A DNA stretch of 64,000 nucleotides from Myxococcota bacterium (GTDB lineage: Bacteria > Myxococcota_A > Polyangia > Polyangiales > Sandaracinaceae): positions 1-64,000 of the forward strand of contig JAYZQJ010000084.1 in assembly GCA_036149055.1 (NCBI GenBank), given 5' to 3'. The position numbers and the translations under genes were made by a program. Of the stretch, positions 60,716 to 64,000 are shown piece by piece. The notes under the pieces were generated by a model. It ran no database searches. It was not told the origin of the DNA and saw only the letters and a program-made list of their open reading frames with translations. The stretch's first letter is position 1; the number at the start of each line of letters is the position of its first letter.

Positions 60716-63196
60716 TCAGCTGCCTGCCGTCTCGTAGATCGCGCGGAAGTCCGCCGTCGAGATGCTGTCCAGGGGCGTGAGGCGATAGGTCCTGCGCTCC
60801 GCGAGCTGGTCGGCGGCCTCGTGGTTGAACGCGGCGAGGGTCACGTGGCTCCCGGCCTCGCGCACGAACGGCGCCCCGAGGACGAGGCCCACCCGCCCCA
60901 GGTCGGCGTAGAAGTACTCGGAGAGCAGCGGGAGGATGTTCATCGCGAACACCTCCTTGAGCTTCTCGATGGTCGGCTCCTGCTGGACCGCCATGAAGTA
61001 CGCGTGCCCGAGCAGGTGGTCGCGATCGATGAGCAGCTCGAGCCGGGCGTTGATCACCCTGAGCATGCGCGCGACGTCCACGCCGCCCTCGACGACCGTG
61101 CCGTCGAGCACGCTGGGATCGGGCGGGCACTCGATGAACGAGAACCGCCGCCGCAGCGCCGAGTCCAGCGCCTCCACCGACCGGTCCGCCGTGTTCATCG
61201 TCCCGATCAGACAGAGGTTGGAGGGCACGCCGAACCGTCGCCGCGAGTAGGGGAGGGTGACGATCAGCTCGCCCTCGGCGCCGAGGCGCTTGTCCTCCTC
61301 GAGCAGGGTGATCAGCTCGCCGAAGATGCGCGACACGTTGCCGCGATTCACCTCGTCGATGAAGACCGCGTAGGGTGGGGCCCCGTCGAGGATGTCGGCG
61401 CGCTCCTGGGCCGGGAGTCGACAGAGCTCGTCCACCGTGCCCTCGAAGCCCGCGAGCCGGACCGCCGCGTTGGCCGCCCGGAGGAACACCCCGTCCTCGA
61501 GGTCGTAGGTGAGGGCGGCGGACCCGTCGCCGTCCGCCTCGCTCGTCTTCGGGCGGATGCCCTCGATGAAGTCCTCGTAGGCGTAGGACTGGTGGAACGT
61601 GAGGAACACGAAGTCCTCGGTCGCCTCCGCCGCTCGCGGTCGCAGGGTCTCGGCGAGCTCCGCGATGTCCTCGGGCACCCCGCCCGGGAAGAACCAGGTT
61701 CCGTCCTCGCGCTTGTCGAAGACGAGCCGGCCGGTGCGCTTGCTGTAGCCGACCGTGCGGCTGCTCTCGACGGTGTGCGCCTGCAGCGTCGCCCAAATGC
61801 GCGAGCCGACCGGCGCCTTGTGATCCTTGGCCTGGTACTTGGTCTTCACCAGCGGGTGCTGGCGGAGCTCCATCGCGGTCGCCGAGCCGCCCGAGGCCGC
61901 CACCGCCGCGGCGATCACCTCGAACCACGACAGCGCCAGCAGCGCGTCGACGTCCACCGCGCGCGCCTCGCTCGCGCGGGTGAACTTCGGGCGGATGTCG
62001 TCGCGGAGCCGGTACGTCTTCCCCGTCCCGGGCGGGCCGTACAGGATGACGTTGCGCGGCCCGGTCCAGGTGAGCGCCGGCTCGGTCTCGCGGGACTCAC
62101 CGAAGATGAGCTCGATGATGTCCTCGCGCGTCACCGGCACGAGCGTCTCGAACCAGGAGCCCGCGCCCGAGCCGCGCGGAGCCGGCCCCTTGTAGAGCTT
62201 CGAGTCGAGCGGTCGCAGCTCGAGGCGCCCGAGCTCGTCGTCCTTGCCCGTCACCTCGCCGACGTAGTGCACGACGAGCTGGTAGCTGCCGCCCAACCCC
62301 TTGATGGCGAACCAGTCCCCGACCTGGACGTCCTCGAACCGCGCCCAGCTGTGCGCGGCTCCCTTGCCCTCGTCGTCCCGCTTCCAGCCGATCTGCCAGT
62401 AGTCGTCCTTCAGGAACGCCACCCGGCGCTCCTCTTCGCCGAAGCCGCCCGCCCAGTACTTGCGGCCATCCGCCTCGTCCTCGGCGTCCGCCAGCTCGTC
62501 GTCGTCCTCGTCCGCGAGCCCGAGCGCGGCGAGATCGATGAGGGGGACGCCGCGAGCGCGCGCGGCCTCACCGCCCACGAAGAAGTCGAGCTTGATGAGG
62601 CTCAGGTGCACGAGGCGCCGGTAGGCCTCGGCGGGGCTCGGCAGCACCGCCGCGTCCTCGGTCCGGACGATGAACGGCTCGACGCTGTAGTCGGTGAGCA
62701 GCGGGAGCCCCGACTCCCCCACCAGCGCCTTGAGCTTCTTGTTCTTCCGGCTCTGCGAACCCCTCGAGCCCGCCACCCGCTTCTTGAGGTGGTACCAGGC
62801 GGAGATCGCGATCTCCGGGTCCTCGGACCCGTCCAGCGCGGTGGCCACGTTGCACCAGGTGAGCTGGCGCCGGAGGTTCAGGACGCGAATCGCGATCGCC
62901 ACCTTGGCCTCGGGCCGACGCGCCGCGCCCGCGAAGAGGAGGAGGTCCACCGCTCCGCCATCCCACTTGCACCTCAGCACGACCTGCTGCGGCCAGGGTC
63001 CGTCGGTCTCCTCGGAGAGGCCAGCCAACGGCATCGGCCACTCGTCGTCCTGCCGCTCGACCTCCACGCGGACCTCACGGCCGGCGACGGTGAGCTGGAA
63101 CGCCTCCGCGGCCTGGATGACCTGCCGGACGGCGCGCAGCGCGATCGGATTGGCTTCGGCCGGCGTCACGCTCCCGCCCTCCAGGTCAGCCAGCAC
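60716..63196 (-). CDS. mcrB: McrB family AAA+ GTPase with extended N-terminal domains
   Basis: NVILYGPPGTGKT, TFHQSYAYEDFIEG, IDEVNRGNVSRIFGELITLLEEDKR, GTMNTADRS (McrB signature), ALRRRF, GHAYF. Confidence 0.93.
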   Translation of the reverse strand: MLADLEGGSVTPAEANPIALRAVRQVIQAAEAFQLTVAGREVRVEVERQDDEWPMPLAGLSEETDGPWPQQVVLRCKWDGGAVDLLLFAGAARRPEAKVAIAIRVLNLRRQLTWCNVATALDGSEDPEIAISAWYHLKKRVAGSRGSQSRKNKKLKALVGESGLPLLTDYSVEPFIVRTEDAAVLPSPAEAYRRLVHLSLIKLDFFVGGEAARARGVPLIDLAALGLADEDDDELADAEDEADGRKYWAGGFGEEERRVAFLKDDYWQIGWKRDDEGKGAAHSWARFEDVQVGDWFAIKGLGGSYQLVVHYVGEVTGKDDELGRLELRPLDSKLYKGPAPRGSGAGSWFETLVPVTREDIIELIFGESRETEPALTWTGPRNVILYGPPGTGKTYRLRDDIRPKFTRASEARAVDVDALLALSWFEVIAAAVAASGGSATAMELRQHPLVKTKYQAKDHKAPVGSRIWATLQAHTVESSRTVGYSKRTGRLVFDKREDGTWFFPGGVPEDIAELAETLRPRAAEATEDFVFLTFHQSYAYEDFIEGIRPKTSEADGDGSAALTYDLEDGVFLRAANAAVRLAGFEGTVDELCRLPAQERADILDGAPPYAVFIDEVNRGNVSRIFGELITLLEEDKRLGAEGELIVTLPYSRRRFGVPSNLCLIGTMNTADRSVEALDSALRRRFSFIECPPDPSVLDGTVVEGGVDVARMLRVINARLELLIDRDHLLGHAYFMAVQQEPTIEKLKEVFAMNILPLLSEYFYADLGRVGLVLGAPFVREAGSHVTLAAFNHEAADQLAERRTYRLTPLDSISTADFRAIYETAGS

Positions 63197-63386
63197 ATCT
63201 CATCTCGCACGCTCGGGTGTCGCCTGGGCCTCGTCATGGGTCAACGAGGCTACCTGAAGCCCCAAATCCTGTAACTCGCGAACGGGTTCGTCGAGTCACT
63301 CGAGCGCACTCCCGCACCCGCTCGTGAACATCGCGCACGGCTAAGCATCCTACCGGTGCTTGGCACCCGGATCGTCGCTGTCGAAC

Positions 63387-63971
63387 TTAGCGTGCTGCGT
63401 ACACGTCGGAGGGTTTCGAGCGGTTCTCGAGACCGGGAAGAGTCATGGAGAGACGCGAGATCGCCGCCGTTCCACTGTCTGACGAATACGTGATTCTCTG
63501 TAGCTCGGAGCCGTCGGCGTCGTGAGAGGTGATGTTGAGCCGGCCGTCGGGGTCGAACGCGAGTTGCGGCACCGATGCGCCAGGTCTATCGGTAAATCCA
63601 GGCGGCGGCGCAAGTAGCTCCCTCCACTTCGGTTCGGAACACCGAGCGACGGTAGCGTCCGGCTCCATCCAGTTCACGGGGGGGCGTCGGAACGTGTCCA
63701 CGGGTAGCGCGTCCCAGAGATTCGCCGATACGACCCACCTAGCCCCATCCCATTCGGCGGTGAAGACCCTGGAGCTGATAGGGGGCGTGCTCCCATCGGC
63801 TTCGTGCCAGCTGGGGACCTCGCACCGGCGTGTTTCGCAGAGTCTCATCGATGGCGATCCTCCCACCAGAGCGTTGGAAGACGTCGAGCCTGCGCAGCGA
63901 CGCACGGTTCCTTTCGCGACCAGGCAGTCGCATGGGGGTCTACTGAACTGCTTGCACCTCCAGTTCTTCAT
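63387..63971 (-). CDS. Hypothetical ORF in lower-GC DNA (possibly partial or degraded)
   Basis: The C-terminal half looks protein-like (VPQLAFDPDGRLNI); the N-terminus is doubtful; near the window edge. Confidence 0.3.
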   Translation of the reverse strand: MKNWRCKQFSRPPCDCLVAKGTVRRCAGSTSSNALVGGSPSMRLCETRRCEVPSWHEADGSTPPISSRVFTAEWDGARWVVSANLWDALPVDTFRRPPVNWMEPDATVARCSEPKWRELLAPPPGFTDRPGASVPQLAFDPDGRLNITSHDADGSELQRITYSSDSGTAAISRLSMTLPGLENRSKPSDVYAAR

Positions 63972-64000
63972 TCGACAGTAGATCAGCGGCGGCAGCTTCT

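Noticed and set aside
63360..63376. TGGCAC sigma-54-like box
   Set aside because: No GC at -12, and it points into the 3' end of an opposite-strand ORF
1..64000. tRNA, rRNA, integrase or IS transposase
   Set aside because: None recognisable by eye; tRNAscan-SE, Infernal and ISEScan would be needed to exclude them formally

Overview
Very GC-rich bacterial DNA that I infer comes from a myxobacterium (Myxococcota, Polyangiales/Sandaracinaceae-like). The inference rests on MYXO-CTERM tails, Cys-rich repeat lipoproteins, PEGA-domain Hanks kinases, a TIGR02266-type PilZ protein and sigma-54 promoters. About 50 real genes can be picked from among many GC-driven shadow ORFs. They include egtB, a full-length Lhr helicase, htpX, a PAS hybrid kinase, a Tat-lipoprotein HiPIP, an SDR, a DUF222-like/HNH nuclease, a Ser/Thr kinase coupled to a TPR-PEGA TonB-dependent receptor, a ThDP enzyme, a LysM-FecR protein, a class III adenylate cyclase, many orphan lipoproteins, and a multi-domain McrBC locus at the right end. 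I found no tRNA, rRNA, CRISPR array, integrase or transposase. Main leads: (1) an identical 15-bp near-palindrome occurs three times, in frame, inside the HNH gene, with a related palindrome about 0.8 kb away; (2) a 28-bp AT-rich dif/tyrosine-recombinase-like site supplies the end of mcrC; (3) the kinase plus TonB receptor may be a trans-envelope signalling pair; (4) many genes have a leaderless layout (TANNNT 6-8 nt before the start codon); (5) a triple direct repeat with a 21-bp period; (6) a TIMP-like secreted protein. All product calls come from motif recognition by eye; no database search was run.
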